A DNA stretch of 64,000 nucleotides from assembly GCA_022822725.1 (NCBI GenBank), contig JAJEAN010000007.1, forward strand, positions 9,435 to 73,434. The letters are read 5' to 3'. Positions within the stretch are counted from its first letter, which is position 1; every line of letters begins with the position of its first letter. This stretch comes from Candidatus Latescibacterota bacterium. GTDB lineage: Bacteria > JAAXHH01. The notes under the pieces were generated by a model, which worked only from the letters and a program-made list of their open reading frames with translations, ran no database searches and was not told the origin of the DNA. Shown here piece by piece: positions 48,236 through 58,042 of the stretch. The translations under genes were made by a program, and so were the position numbers.

Positions 48236-51127
48236 ATGTCTGCTCGAACGCCAAACAACATCACCGCAACCGAGATACCGTTTCCCTATACCGTTCTGGC
48301 GATCCAACCGGATGACGACCCGTCCTCGGCCGATGGCGAGTTCTATACGGCAGCGTTCTTCAGGCACGATGAAAAACCGGAGGAACGCACCGGCCTGGAC
48401 CTGGAATCGATCGGGGACCTGGCCGCTGCGCACGGCTCCGGATCCCTGCTCGCCGCCTATGGACCGGACGAACAACTGGCCGACCGTCTCTGGCGGATCG
48501 CGGCCGGCATCGACGCCGTTCTGGTGGACGTGCGCCTGCTCGCGCGGATCCTGCTGCCCGGACTGAGAGACTACGAACGCGAGACGGTCGAACGATGCGT
48601 CGACCTGGTTCCTGCGGTGACGGCGGATGGGGCCTTGCGCCCCGTGGAGTCCGAAGCCGAATCCGGCGACGCGCTGAAGACGGCGGTGCTGTGCCGGGTA
48701 TTGCTGGATATGTTGGCGTCCCAGGCAACCGATACCATGGAAACGCTGGTCCTCCTGGCGGAGGGCACCGGGTCCGGTCTGGAACGCCTGCTTGCCCGGA
48801 TGACGGCTCGGGCGCCCCGGACGGCCGGCCACGGTGGTACCGGTTTACCCACGGACCTTACGTCTCGTTCGGCGGGAAATGCGCAGACCGCCCATACCGC
48901 ACTCGGTCCGCCCACGATCGGCGACGGCTCCTGCGACCCGGTCGAAGCGGACGGCGATTTCGATCAGATGGATCCGGAGGAGCTGGCCCGTCTGTTTGAG
49001 ACCGGCGGACTGTTCGCAAGCAGCATGGAAGGTTACGAGCAACGGCCGCAGCAGATATCCATGGTCCGCGGCGTCGCCGGCGCGTTCAACGAAGGCAGGG
49101 TGCTGCTGGTCGAAGCGGGTACGGGCACGGGGAAGTCGCTCTCCTACCTGACGCCGGCCCTGATCTGGGCGGTGCGTAACGATCAGCGGGTCATCATATC
49201 CACCAACACGCGAAACCTGCAGGAACAGCTGTTCTACAAGGACCTGCCGTTCCTGCTGGACAACCTGGGGCTGCCCTTCCGCGCCACCCTGCTCAAGGGC
49301 CGGTCCAACTACCTGTGCCTGGACCGGTGGCGGCAGGTCACCCGGCGGCCCGCGGACCATCTGACCGCGGAAGAACGGGAGGCCGCGCTCCCCCTGGCCG
49401 TGTGGGCAAGTCAAACGCAGACGGGGGACATTTCCGAGCACGCGGGATTCAACCGGGGCGCCGGAGCCGGTCTGTGGGATAAAATAAACGGCGAGGGAAC
49501 CTCCTGCCCCCGGTGCGTGCTCAAGGAAGCGTGTTTCGTCAACCGTGTCCGAAAGTCGGCCATGGCTTCCCACGTGGTCATCATCAACCACGCCCTGCTC
49601 TTTGCCGATCTCCAGTCCGACCATGCCGTGCTGTCCCGGTACAGCCACCTCATCGTCGACGAGGCCCACAACCTGGAGCGCGCCGCCGTACAGCACCTGA
49701 CCCTGGAGGTCGGAGGCTGGCGCATGAGGCGCGTGCTGAGCAGGATGCATGCGCCCGAATGGGGCGGGACCGGTGTGCTGGCGGGGTTGGACCGACTGGC
49801 GTCGAAGGCGGCGGAGAACCTGCAGTGGAAGCCCCAGCTGGCGGCGGGCACCCGAATGGCCATCGACCGGATCACGGAGGTGAACCGCCGGATCGAGGAC
49901 TTCTTCGGTGTCGCCAGCGACGAAGCGTTCGGCCAGTCGGACGACGACTCGGCCGGGCGGACCAAGCTGAGGTACCGGGCCGACGACGAGTATACAAGCA
50001 TCCTGAGGTCGTCGGCGCAGGTACTCATCGAGGGACTTGCCGGCCTGCGCGAGTCCCTGGGCTCGCTTCACGCGACGCTGGACCAGGTCCACGATTCGTG
50101 GCTGGACGACCGGGAGTCGCACGCAAACGCCCTGGAGGCGGCCATGGCCTTCTGCATGGAAATGGAAGAGGCGCTTCACGTGTTGACGGAGGCGAACGAG
50201 GGGGAGCGCGTCTACTGGGTCGAAGCCACCCGATCCAGACCCATGTCCTGCCTTCTGACCGCCGCTCCACTTCGGGTGGCGGACCGGCTGCACGACGACC
50301 TGTTCCGGCCCCTGCGTACGGCCGTGCTCACGTCGGCCACGCTGACGGTCGGGGATCGTTTCGACTACCAGCTCGAACGGCTGGGGCTCGACCGGATCGA
50401 ACCCAGTCGGCTGCAGGTGCGCGGAATCGGTTCGCCCTTCGATTACGGGGACCAGGTGCTGGTCTGCGTGCCCGCCGAGTTTCCGACGCCCAGGTCCGGC
50501 GCTTTTCAGGACGCGATCAGCCGGCTAATCCTGGACCTGGTCGTCTCCACCATGCGGAGCACCCTCGTGCTGTTCACTTCCTACACCCAGTTGAACCGGA
50601 CGTACCAGGACATCGAACCGGACCTTTCGGAGCACGGCGTGGCCGTGCTGGCGCAGGGCACGTCCGGACCGCGCTCGGCGCTGCTGGATCGTTTCCGCAG
50701 GTCCGATACCGCCGTACTGCTGGGTACCGACAGCTTCTGGGAGGGCGTCGATGTGCCGGGGAAGGCGCTGGAGATGGTCATCCTGGTCAAGCTGCCCTTC
50801 GCGGTGCCGACCGAACCGCTGGTCCAGGCGCAGGTGGAACGCCTTGAAGACGCGGGACGCAACAGTTTCTTTGAATTCCAGGTACCGCAGGCCGTCATCA
50901 AGTTCAGGCAGGGATTCGGCCGGCTCATCCGCTCCACCCGGGACTACGGCGTCGTCACGATTCTGGACCAGCGCGTCGTCAGTACGGCGTACGGACGCCT
51001 GTTCCTGGAATCGCTACCGGCGGGCTCGGAGATCTACCCCGACGCGGACGGGCTGGTGGAAGGGGTGACCTACTGGTTCCGCGCGAGAGAAAAGCGCCAC
51101 GCCGAACGCGGCTCCGTCATCAAGTAG
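48236..51127 (+). CDS. dinG: DinG-family ATP-dependent DNA helicase with about 270-aa N-terminal degenerate exonuclease-like domain
   Basis: Walker A GTGTGKS, DEAH (HLIVDEAHNL), a Cys cluster (CPRCVLKEAC), and a C-terminal helicase domain. The N-terminal domain lacks a clean DxE Exo I motif. Confidence 0.8.
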   Translation: MSARTPNNITATEIPFPYTVLAIQPDDDPSSADGEFYTAAFFRHDEKPEERTGLDLESIGDLAAAHGSGSLLAAYGPDEQLADRLWRIAAGIDAVLVDVRLLARILLPGLRDYERETVERCVDLVPAVTADGALRPVESEAESGDALKTAVLCRVLLDMLASQATDTMETLVLLAEGTGSGLERLLARMTARAPRTAGHGGTGLPTDLTSRSAGNAQTAHTALGPPTIGDGSCDPVEADGDFDQMDPEELARLFETGGLFASSMEGYEQRPQQISMVRGVAGAFNEGRVLLVEAGTGTGKSLSYLTPALIWAVRNDQRVIISTNTRNLQEQLFYKDLPFLLDNLGLPFRATLLKGRSNYLCLDRWRQVTRRPADHLTAEEREAALPLAVWASQTQTGDISEHAGFNRGAGAGLWDKINGEGTSCPRCVLKEACFVNRVRKSAMASHVVIINHALLFADLQSDHAVLSRYSHLIVDEAHNLERAAVQHLTLEVGGWRMRRVLSRMHAPEWGGTGVLAGLDRLASKAAENLQWKPQLAAGTRMAIDRITEVNRRIEDFFGVASDEAFGQSDDDSAGRTKLRYRADDEYTSILRSSAQVLIEGLAGLRESLGSLHATLDQVHDSWLDDRESHANALEAAMAFCMEMEEALHVLTEANEGERVYWVEATRSRPMSCLLTAAPLRVADRLHDDLFRPLRTAVLTSATLTVGDRFDYQLERLGLDRIEPSRLQVRGIGSPFDYGDQVLVCVPAEFPTPRSGAFQDAISRLILDLVVSTMRSTLVLFTSYTQLNRTYQDIEPDLSEHGVAVLAQGTSGPRSALLDRFRRSDTAVLLGTDSFWEGVDVPGKALEMVILVKLPFAVPTEPLVQAQVERLEDAGRNSFFEFQVPQAVIKFRQGFGRLIRSTRDYGVVTILDQRVVSTAYGRLFLESLPAGSEIYPDADGLVEGVTYWFRAREKRHAERGSVIK

Positions 51128-51138
51128 GGAGCACGGCG

Positions 51139-51178
51139 TACTCAGGTCGTAAGGTATACTCAGGTCGTAAGGTATACA
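51139..51178. repeat. tandem direct repeat, 18-bp x 2.2 (TACTCAGGTCGTAAGGTA)
   Basis: It lies 12 nt 3' of the dinG stop and just upstream of the ubiA start. Confidence 0.85.
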
Positions 51179-51191
51179 CAGGTTGCACGAT

Positions 51192-52082
51192 ATGAATCCG
51201 AAATCTCCACCGACCAGGTCCGTGATTGGATCCGTGGTCGTATTCGGCAGGATGATCAAGCTCTCCCACAGCGTTTTTGCGCTGCCCTTCGCAATGGCCG
51301 GCGCCGCCCTGGCTGCCCGGAGTCATGGGATCGAAGCGCAACAGCTGGTGTGGATCGTCATCGCCATGGTCACCGCGCGAAGTGCGGCCATGGGATTCAA
51401 TCGGTTCGCAGACCGCGCGATGGACGCGGAGAACCCACGCACGAGGGACCGGGCCCTGCCGAGGGGACGGATCACACCCCGCACCGTCACCATAATCATA
51501 ATAGCGTGTTGCGCGCTGTTCGTCTTTTCCGCCTACCAGCTCAACGAACTGTGCCTCAAGCTTTCGCCGCTCGCCCTGCTGGTGATCCTGTCGTACTCCT
51601 ATTTCAAGCGGTTCACCTGGGCCACCCACCTGGTCCTGGGCCTTGCCCTGGGTATCGCCCCCGTAGGCGCGTGGATCGCCGTGACCGGCACCTTCGATCC
51701 CGCGCCGTTCTGGCTGGCGGCGGCCGTATTGACCTGGGTGGCGGGCTTTGATATAATATACGCCTGCCAGGACTACGAATTCGACGTCGCGCAGGGCGTT
51801 CACTCGTTGCCCCGCCGCATCGGGATCCGGCCGGCTTTACTGGCGGCCCGCCTGCTCCACGCGGCCACGGTCGTGTTCCTCTTGGCCGTTCATCAGGTTT
51901 TCGATCTGCATGCGCTTTACCTGTGCGGCACCGTGCTGGCAACCGGGATGCTGGTTTACGAACACACGCTCGTCAAACCGGACGACCTTTCGAAGATCAA
52001 TGTCGCCTTCTTCAAAACGAATGGCCTGGTCAGCGTCGTCTTTTTCGTTTTCCTGTTAGGCGATATTCTGTGGCCGATATGA
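51192..52082 (+). CDS. ubiA: UbiA-family aromatic prenyltransferase (4-hydroxybenzoate polyprenyltransferase / MqnP-like)
   Basis: NRFADRAMD...RALPRGRI (NDxxDxxxD-type motif) and a second Asp-rich motif (DIIYACQDYEFD). ATG 51192 is used because the listed start is TTG 51183. Confidence 0.75.
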   Translation: MNPKSPPTRSVIGSVVVFGRMIKLSHSVFALPFAMAGAALAARSHGIEAQQLVWIVIAMVTARSAAMGFNRFADRAMDAENPRTRDRALPRGRITPRTVTIIIIACCALFVFSAYQLNELCLKLSPLALLVILSYSYFKRFTWATHLVLGLALGIAPVGAWIAVTGTFDPAPFWLAAAVLTWVAGFDIIYACQDYEFDVAQGVHSLPRRIGIRPALLAARLLHAATVVFLLAVHQVFDLHALYLCGTVLATGMLVYEHTLVKPDDLSKINVAFFKTNGLVSVVFFVFLLGDILWPI

Positions 52083-52792
52083 TTACCGCAGACGAAAAGT
52101 CCCGGCACATCCGACGCATGTTCGACCGCATCGGGCACCGGTACGACCTGCTCAACCGCCTGCTGAGCGGATATGGCGATGTCCTGTGGCGCAGGGCCGC
52201 GGTCCGCACGTTGAATGCGTCTGCGGACGCCCTGCTGCTCGACGTGGGCATCGGCACGGGCGACCTTGCGCTGGAAGCGATGAAGCGCCGGCGGAAGCCG
52301 CGGTTGGTCGTGGGTGTGGACGCGGCGATGGGGATGATGCGGATCGGCCGGAAGAAGTCGGCGCGTCCCGTGGGGCGGACCATACGGTTCGTCGGGGGCA
52401 GCGCCGAAGCCCTTCCCCTTCGGTCCGGGGTTTTCGACGGCGCGATGGTGGCATTCGGCGTGCGCAACTTCACCGACCGCGCCGCGGGTCTGCGGTGCAT
52501 CCGGCGCGTGTTGAAGCCCGGGGGGAGACTGGTGGTGCTGGAGCTTTCCGTGCCCCGGTATCCGGTGATCCGCCAATTGTACCGTCTCTACGCCACGCAT
52601 GCGATACCATGGATCGGCGGCGTGATCTCGAAAGATGCGGACGCTTACCGGTACCTGCAGGTTTCGGTGGAAGCGTTCCCGGAGCGGGAGCGCTTCCGGA
52701 CGCTCATGGAGGACGCGGGTTTCGTGGACACGGGCTGGCGTGACCTTACGCTGGGGGTGGCCACGATCTACTGGGGGGACAAGCGGTCATGA
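52079..52792 (+). CDS. ubiE: demethylmenaquinone/ubiquinone C-methyltransferase
   Basis: YDLLNRLLSGYGDVLWRR, a SAM motif LDVGIGTGD, and AFGVRNF. ATGA overlap with the ubiA stop. Confidence 0.85.
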   Translation: MITADEKSRHIRRMFDRIGHRYDLLNRLLSGYGDVLWRRAAVRTLNASADALLLDVGIGTGDLALEAMKRRRKPRLVVGVDAAMGMMRIGRKKSARPVGRTIRFVGGSAEALPLRSGVFDGAMVAFGVRNFTDRAAGLRCIRRVLKPGGRLVVLELSVPRYPVIRQLYRLYATHAIPWIGGVISKDADAYRYLQVSVEAFPERERFRTLMEDAGFVDTGWRDLTLGVATIYWGDKRS

Positions 52793-53412
52793 AGCATGTC
52801 ATCGTTGCCGTCACCGGCGCCAGCGGCGGATTGTACGCACTCAGGCTCCTGCGCGCGCTGCTGGCCGGCGGCCACCGCGTGAGCGTCGTGATGTCCGCAT
52901 TCGGCCGGTTCGTACTCCGGGAAGAAACCGGCCTGGGGACGGGCGAAGGTCTGCAGGACGGCCTGGCCGGCCTCTACGGCGACCAGGTGAGAAAGGGTAC
53001 GCTCACGGAATTCAAGATCGGCGACCTGGCGGCTTCGATTGCAAGCGGGTCGGTGCGCACCGACGGAATGGTCGTCATACCGTGCTCGATGAAGACGCTT
53101 TCCGCCATCGCTCATGGCACCTCTTCTTCCCTGATCGAAAGGGCCGCGGACGTCACGCTCAAAGAGGGCCGTCCCCTCGTGCTGGTACCCCGGGAAACGC
53201 CGCTGAACGTCATCCACCTGCGCAACCTGCTCGCCGCCGCGGAGGCGGGGGCCCGCATCGTGCCGGCCATGCCGGCGTTCTACCAGAAGCCTTCCAGCTT
53301 CGACGACCTGGCCGACTTCATAGCGGGACGGGTGCTGAACCTGCTCGGCATCGAACAAAGTCTCTTCACCCCCTGGGACGCGCCGTCCGGCGAAGGGGAG
53401 TCCGAGGTATGA
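52789..53412 (+). CDS. ubiX: flavin prenyltransferase UbiX
   Basis: VAVTGASGG and VIPCSMKTLSAIAHG motifs. ATGA overlap with the ubiE stop. Confidence 0.85.
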   Translation: MKHVIVAVTGASGGLYALRLLRALLAGGHRVSVVMSAFGRFVLREETGLGTGEGLQDGLAGLYGDQVRKGTLTEFKIGDLAASIASGSVRTDGMVVIPCSMKTLSAIAHGTSSSLIERAADVTLKEGRPLVLVPRETPLNVIHLRNLLAAAEAGARIVPAMPAFYQKPSSFDDLADFIAGRVLNLLGIEQSLFTPWDAPSGEGESEV

Positions 53413-54068
53413 ATGACCGGGATATACACCGCATGATATCCATCCTGGAGGACGAAACTTCCGGGTGGACCGAAACGGCGTTGACGCTGGTGGCCGAGCA
53501 GACCCGGCGCGATCCGTTCCGCATACTGATCGGCACCGTGCTCAGCCTCCGGACGAAGGACGAGACGACCGCTGCGGCCTGTGAGCGGCTCTTCGGGCTG
53601 GCCGACACGCCCGGGGCCATGCAGGCCCTGCCCGAGGAAACCGTGGACGAAGCCATCTATCCCGTCGGGTTCCATGCCACGAAGGCGCGCAACATCCTGC
53701 AGATCTGCCGAATCCTCATGGAGGAGTACCAGGGTGCCGTGCCCGACGAGATCGACACGCTGGTCACGCTGCCCGGCGTGGGCAGGAAGACCGCGAACCT
53801 CGTGGTCACGATCGGTTACGGCAAACCGGGTATCTGCGTCGACACCCATGTGCACCGCATATCCAACCGTTGGGGGTATATCGCCACCAGGAATCCGGAC
53901 CAGTCGGAATTCGCCTTGAGAGAGAAGTTGCCTTCCGAATACTGGATCCGGTATAATGACCTGCTCGTCATGTATGGCCAGAACCTGTGCAAGCCCGTTT
54001 CGCCCTTCTGCAGCCGCTGCCGCCTGTCACCGTACTGTGAGCGGGTCGGCGTGGAGAAATACAGATGA
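53409..54068 (+). CDS. nth: endonuclease III (HhH-GPD glycosylase with 4Fe-4S cluster)
   Basis: HhH-GPD motif LPGVGRKTANLV. C-X6-C-X2-C-X5-C (CKPVSPFCSRCRLSPYC). ATGA overlap with the ubiX stop. Confidence 0.85.
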   Translation: MNDRDIHRMISILEDETSGWTETALTLVAEQTRRDPFRILIGTVLSLRTKDETTAAACERLFGLADTPGAMQALPEETVDEAIYPVGFHATKARNILQICRILMEEYQGAVPDEIDTLVTLPGVGRKTANLVVTIGYGKPGICVDTHVHRISNRWGYIATRNPDQSEFALREKLPSEYWIRYNDLLVMYGQNLCKPVSPFCSRCRLSPYCERVGVEKYR

Positions 54069-54123
54069 CGGCGAAATCCGTGTATCGGGACTTTAAATCG
54101 AGTCTAATGAAGGAGAGGCATCA

Positions 54124-55092
54124 ATGGAAGCATCACTGAATTCGCCCAGGGGGCTTGGACGCACGCCTCATATGATCGCGGCGTTGTCCGTACCCGTGAG
54201 CGAAGCGGGTGAAATCGACTTCGAAGTTTTCGCCCGGGACCTGGAAAGAACCGCAGGATACGGCATAGAACCCGCGGTGCTCATGGATACCTACCAGATC
54301 AACCACTGCACGCTGGACGATCAGGTCAGGGGACTGGAAACGACGCGGGAAGTCATGAACGGGCGGGCGTTTACGGCGGGCGTGTACGTGGAGGACGAGA
54401 TCCGGGGAGATGGGATCGAGGACATCATCCGTGCGTACCAGGCCAAGATAGAACAATTGGAGAACCGTTATGGTGCGAGCCCGATCGTATTTCAGACCGA
54501 GCGTTTGAAAGACGCGGACGCCGCCACCGTGGTCCGTGTCTACGAGGGGCTGGCCGAAGCCTCACGCGGCGGTCTGAAGGCCTTCGAACTGAGCCCGGTC
54601 TTCGCACCGAACGGCTGGATGTTCCCCGATGACGCGCTGATCGAAATCCTGGCCGGGGACAAGTGGGCGGGCGCAAAACACTCGTCCCTGGATCCGTCCA
54701 TGGAATGGGTGCTGCTTCGTAAGGTCCATCGAATCGGCAAGAAGCTCTACACGGGGAACGACTACGATTTCGCCTCCATGATCTTCAACGGAAGCGACGC
54801 GCTGCTGGGTATCGCGACCTTCATGCCCGACAAGTTCAGAGCGCTTGGGGATGCCTTGCGTGAGGGCGACCTCGCGCGATACCTCGACCTGGGCAGCCGG
54901 ATGGAATTCCTGGGACGGGTCGCGTTCCAGCCGCCCGTGCCGGCCTACAAGCACAGCGCGGCCATGGTGAAGAAGATGCGCGGCTGGTATCCCACGGACT
55001 ACGTGCTGCCCGACAACCCCCTCAGGCGGGACGAGGCGCACCGGGAAGCGCTGCGGGAAGCCCTCGAAAACCTGGACATCACCTGCGGCTGA
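54124..55092 (+). CDS. dihydrodipicolinate-synthase-family-like protein, function unknown
   Basis: 322 aa. MIAALSVPVSE...IDFEVF and WAGAKHSS resemble the DapA-family start and Lys region. Weak assignment; the start may be at 54172. Confidence 0.4.
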   Translation: MEASLNSPRGLGRTPHMIAALSVPVSEAGEIDFEVFARDLERTAGYGIEPAVLMDTYQINHCTLDDQVRGLETTREVMNGRAFTAGVYVEDEIRGDGIEDIIRAYQAKIEQLENRYGASPIVFQTERLKDADAATVVRVYEGLAEASRGGLKAFELSPVFAPNGWMFPDDALIEILAGDKWAGAKHSSLDPSMEWVLLRKVHRIGKKLYTGNDYDFASMIFNGSDALLGIATFMPDKFRALGDALREGDLARYLDLGSRMEFLGRVAFQPPVPAYKHSAAMVKKMRGWYPTDYVLPDNPLRRDEAHREALREALENLDITCG

Positions 55093-55099
55093 GTGGCCG

Positions 55100-55999
55100 C
55101 TACCGCCGGGTGTACCGCGCCAGTAGACTGGAGATCTCCCGGGTCAGTTCGCTCGTCTTGTCGCCGTCGCGCGAAAGCGTGCTTTCAAGGGCGTCCGCCA
55201 GGACGGCGATCTCATCGCAGAAGGCCTTGTGCTCCCGGGCATGCCTTGAAAGCGCGGCGCGCAGGTCCGCGAGTAACTCCGCCGCCCTCACATCGGGTTC
55301 GACGGGATCCGCCACGGCTTCCGCGTGTTCCGCAGGATCGACCGCGGTTTCCTCGCGTTCTCCGGGGTCAACCTCAGCTTCCGCTTGCTCTTCGGGGTGC
55401 ACCTCGGTTTCCACCTCGGAATGCCCGGCGATTTGAAGTTCTTCTTCCTCGGCGTACCCGGCGTCTTGTGGCCGCGCAAATCCCGCCGGCTCCTCGCCTT
55501 TCGCCGTTTCCGCAACGTCCGCCGTTTCCGCGCCTACCGCCGTTTCCTCGCCTTCCGCCGACTCCTCGCCTTTCGACGGCTCTCCACCTACCGCCGCTTC
55601 TCCGTCAACCGCTGCTTCCGCAATTTCGTTAGCCCATCCAGGCGTCTCTTCCATGTGGTATTCGGACTCTGAACCACCGGAGGCATTCGTCTCGTCTGGT
55701 CCATTTACGGGTTGCGCATCGGAAGCAGACTCCGGTGATGTCTCCAATTCGTGGGGCGCCCGGCCGTATTGCCGGCGCGGCATACCGTTCGAATCAGGAT
55801 TCGCCTCAGGATTCGCCGGAGCCGGCCGGACGATCGGCGGATGCATGAACAGGTCGATGGACTCCCGGGACACGAAGTACCTGCCGCCCTCCATGTAGTA
55901 CTCCAGCTTGCCGTCTTCGCACATCCGCGTCACCTGGTTGGGCAACCTCTTCATCATTTCCGCCGTTTCCGTCAAGGACATCCACTGCGTCTCCGGCAT
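55100..55999 (-). CDS. excisionase-type HTH (HTH_17-like) DNA-binding protein with long acidic Glu/Ala repeat region
   Basis: N-terminal MSLTETAEMMKRLPNQVTRMCEDGKLEYYMEGGRYFVSRESIDLF. Central ETAVGAETADVAETAKGEE repeats, visible as DNA repeats at 55480-55620. C-terminal coiled-coil. Confidence 0.55.
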   Translation of the reverse strand: MPETQWMSLTETAEMMKRLPNQVTRMCEDGKLEYYMEGGRYFVSRESIDLFMHPPIVRPAPANPEANPDSNGMPRRQYGRAPHELETSPESASDAQPVNGPDETNASGGSESEYHMEETPGWANEIAEAAVDGEAAVGGEPSKGEESAEGEETAVGAETADVAETAKGEEPAGFARPQDAGYAEEEELQIAGHSEVETEVHPEEQAEAEVDPGEREETAVDPAEHAEAVADPVEPDVRAAELLADLRAALSRHAREHKAFCDEIAVLADALESTLSRDGDKTSELTREISSLLARYTRR

Positions 56000-56101
56000 C
56001 TTCTCCTCCCGCGCTTATTTACATTCTTGCTCTCAAGCCCGCTTTTCGGCCCAATTCCGGATACGATCGGGCCAGTTTCGATCACGGATCGTCCGCTTTA
56101 A

Positions 56102-56377
56102 CTAGAAAACTTCTCCGGCTACCTGCCTGCCGTCAATTCGCAACTGTAATCTAACGCTCAACAACGCTTTGGCAAACACTTCCACGTGGTATTCGTCATT
56201 TCCGATCCGCAGATTCGTGCTCAGGATGCGCGTTTTCCGCAGCGACACGCGACGGATGCTGCGGTCCCGGCAGACTCCGTCGACGTACAGCCGGGCTTCC
56301 TGGGTCCAGGAGCTGAATGCCCTGATTTCATGGCCTTTGAATTCCATCCTGCATTCGACGCCTTCCGGGTTCTGCAT
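56102..56377 (-). CDS. hypothetical small protein (91 aa)
   Basis: ORF between the DUF2851 gene and the HTH-acidic gene, co-oriented with a 7-nt gap to the DUF2851 stop. No recognisable motif. Confidence 0.35.
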   Translation of the reverse strand: MQNPEGVECRMEFKGHEIRAFSSWTQEARLYVDGVCRDRSIRRVSLRKTRILSTNLRIGNDEYHVEVFAKALLSVRLQLRIDGRQVAGEVF

Positions 56378-56383
56378 ATTCGT

Positions 56384-57823
56384 TCAACTCCGTGTGAAGT
56401 GCGTCGAACCGTTCATCACGCATTGGCCGCAGTCCTTGTTGCGGCAGGTCTCGAGGTCGATCTGCAACAGGCCCTGTTGAAGGACGGCCCGGTTGATGGA
56501 TGCCTTCTTTTCAGGCGTATCGATGAAAAGCAGGTTCGTCATCGCCTGGATCACGCTGTTGTTGGCCTGCCTGCCGTATCCGGTGTACATTTCCCGGACG
56601 AGATTCATTCGTTCCGGCTGGCTGTCCCGGTCGGCAAGGGCGTAGATGAATGGAAGGACCACGTCGACCATCATGCCCCGCTGCCGGTCGCGGCCGATCA
56701 GCGCGTTGCGGGCCGTTCGCGATGTTTCCCCGAACACCGTATGCTTCAACCAGTAGTCGCCGGGCAGCGGCCGCATCATTTCCTCGAGCTTACGCGCGGT
56801 CTGCCGCAGCAAGGCGACGGGGCCCCGGTCGGCTCCGGCGTTCATCGGGCCGGCGATCAGCCTATCCAGTCCATCCCTCAGGCCCGACGCGATGAAATAA
56901 CTCATGGCTGCAAGTCGGACCGTGGGGAAGTTAAAGGGCCTGAGCCGGAAAAACAACCAGTCATGTTCCTGCATGGGCCGCGCGGGAATGGACGGCCGGA
57001 GGGCTTCCCAGCGCGTTTCTATATCCCGGACGTACGGGTCGTCCGGGACTTCACCGCTGTATGAGAGCCGCTGTGAGGGCAGCAGGCCGGCTGCCCCGAA
57101 AAGCAAGGCCTGAAGATCTATGATTCGATGGCCGCCCCCCGTGCCGATCAGGGTGCGGATCGTCGCCAGGGGAAGGCGACGGGCAAGCGTCTGACTGGCA
57201 TCGGTATTCTTCGTATATCCCGCGGCCCGCATGGCGAACTCATAAAGTGTCTGTTCTGCCGAAACCTGTTTCATCCTTCCGGACATTTCTGTCGCCTTCT
57301 TCCGAAACCGGTCGGATCCCTTTCGGTCCAGCAACGCGTGAACCCGTTCGACCGACAGCCGTTTCACCAGGCTTTGGCAAGGGTAGCCGGAAGGAGGCGG
57401 TTCCTCCGATTTGCGACGGTATTGTTTATGTATCCGGTCCAGGCCGTGCCTGAGATGCTCGGATAACACCAGTGTGGGGACGTACTGCCCGTTCTGCTTC
57501 CTGACGGCCGGAAGCTTCTCGTCGTGCCACAGGACGACGTGCAGCATTACATTGTTGTAAAGCGGGTCGCTCGTATGGTCGTGCCGCCGCCAGTCGGCGG
57601 GTCTGATATGGATTTCCACGTCGCCCCTGAGGCGCTTCCCGGGACCGAAGGACAGGACCGCCTGGAGGAAATCGGGGCCGTTGTCGGGATTCAAGGTACC
57701 GGGATGGTGTACCCTGAGCGTCCGGCCGTCGGTAAGCCGGAGCCTTCCCGTCCGCGGCAGTCCCTTTTGCCACAGATGCCAGATGAGCGCTTCCGCGATA
57801 TCCGAATCGGCGATTTGAAACAT
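56384..57823 (-). CDS. DUF2851-family protein
   Basis: 479 aa. Cys/His cluster CRNKDCGQC at the C-terminus. Overall it resembles DUF2851 proteins of the Bacteroidetes/Chlorobi group. Confidence 0.5.
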   Translation of the reverse strand: MFQIADSDIAEALIWHLWQKGLPRTGRLRLTDGRTLRVHHPGTLNPDNGPDFLQAVLSFGPGKRLRGDVEIHIRPADWRRHDHTSDPLYNNVMLHVVLWHDEKLPAVRKQNGQYVPTLVLSEHLRHGLDRIHKQYRRKSEEPPPSGYPCQSLVKRLSVERVHALLDRKGSDRFRKKATEMSGRMKQVSAEQTLYEFAMRAAGYTKNTDASQTLARRLPLATIRTLIGTGGGHRIIDLQALLFGAAGLLPSQRLSYSGEVPDDPYVRDIETRWEALRPSIPARPMQEHDWLFFRLRPFNFPTVRLAAMSYFIASGLRDGLDRLIAGPMNAGADRGPVALLRQTARKLEEMMRPLPGDYWLKHTVFGETSRTARNALIGRDRQRGMMVDVVLPFIYALADRDSQPERMNLVREMYTGYGRQANNSVIQAMTNLLFIDTPEKKASINRAVLQQGLLQIDLETCRNKDCGQCVMNGSTHFTRS

Positions 57824-58042
57824 GTTAACTGGCCGTAGTGTTTCCTGATGCCTGTTCTATAATCCAATAGTCGGAAGAAGATCATCGATCTCGCACGCTG
57901 CCGTCCGAAGTCGCTGCGCAACCCTTCGTTTGTCCGGAACATCAGACAAATCGCACTGGTTTTTTCCGACGATTGGGTTATAATCCGGTTTAAAGCCGGT
58001 AGTCGCCCGAGATATTCCAGAAACCACGAGTTCGGTGCAAGC

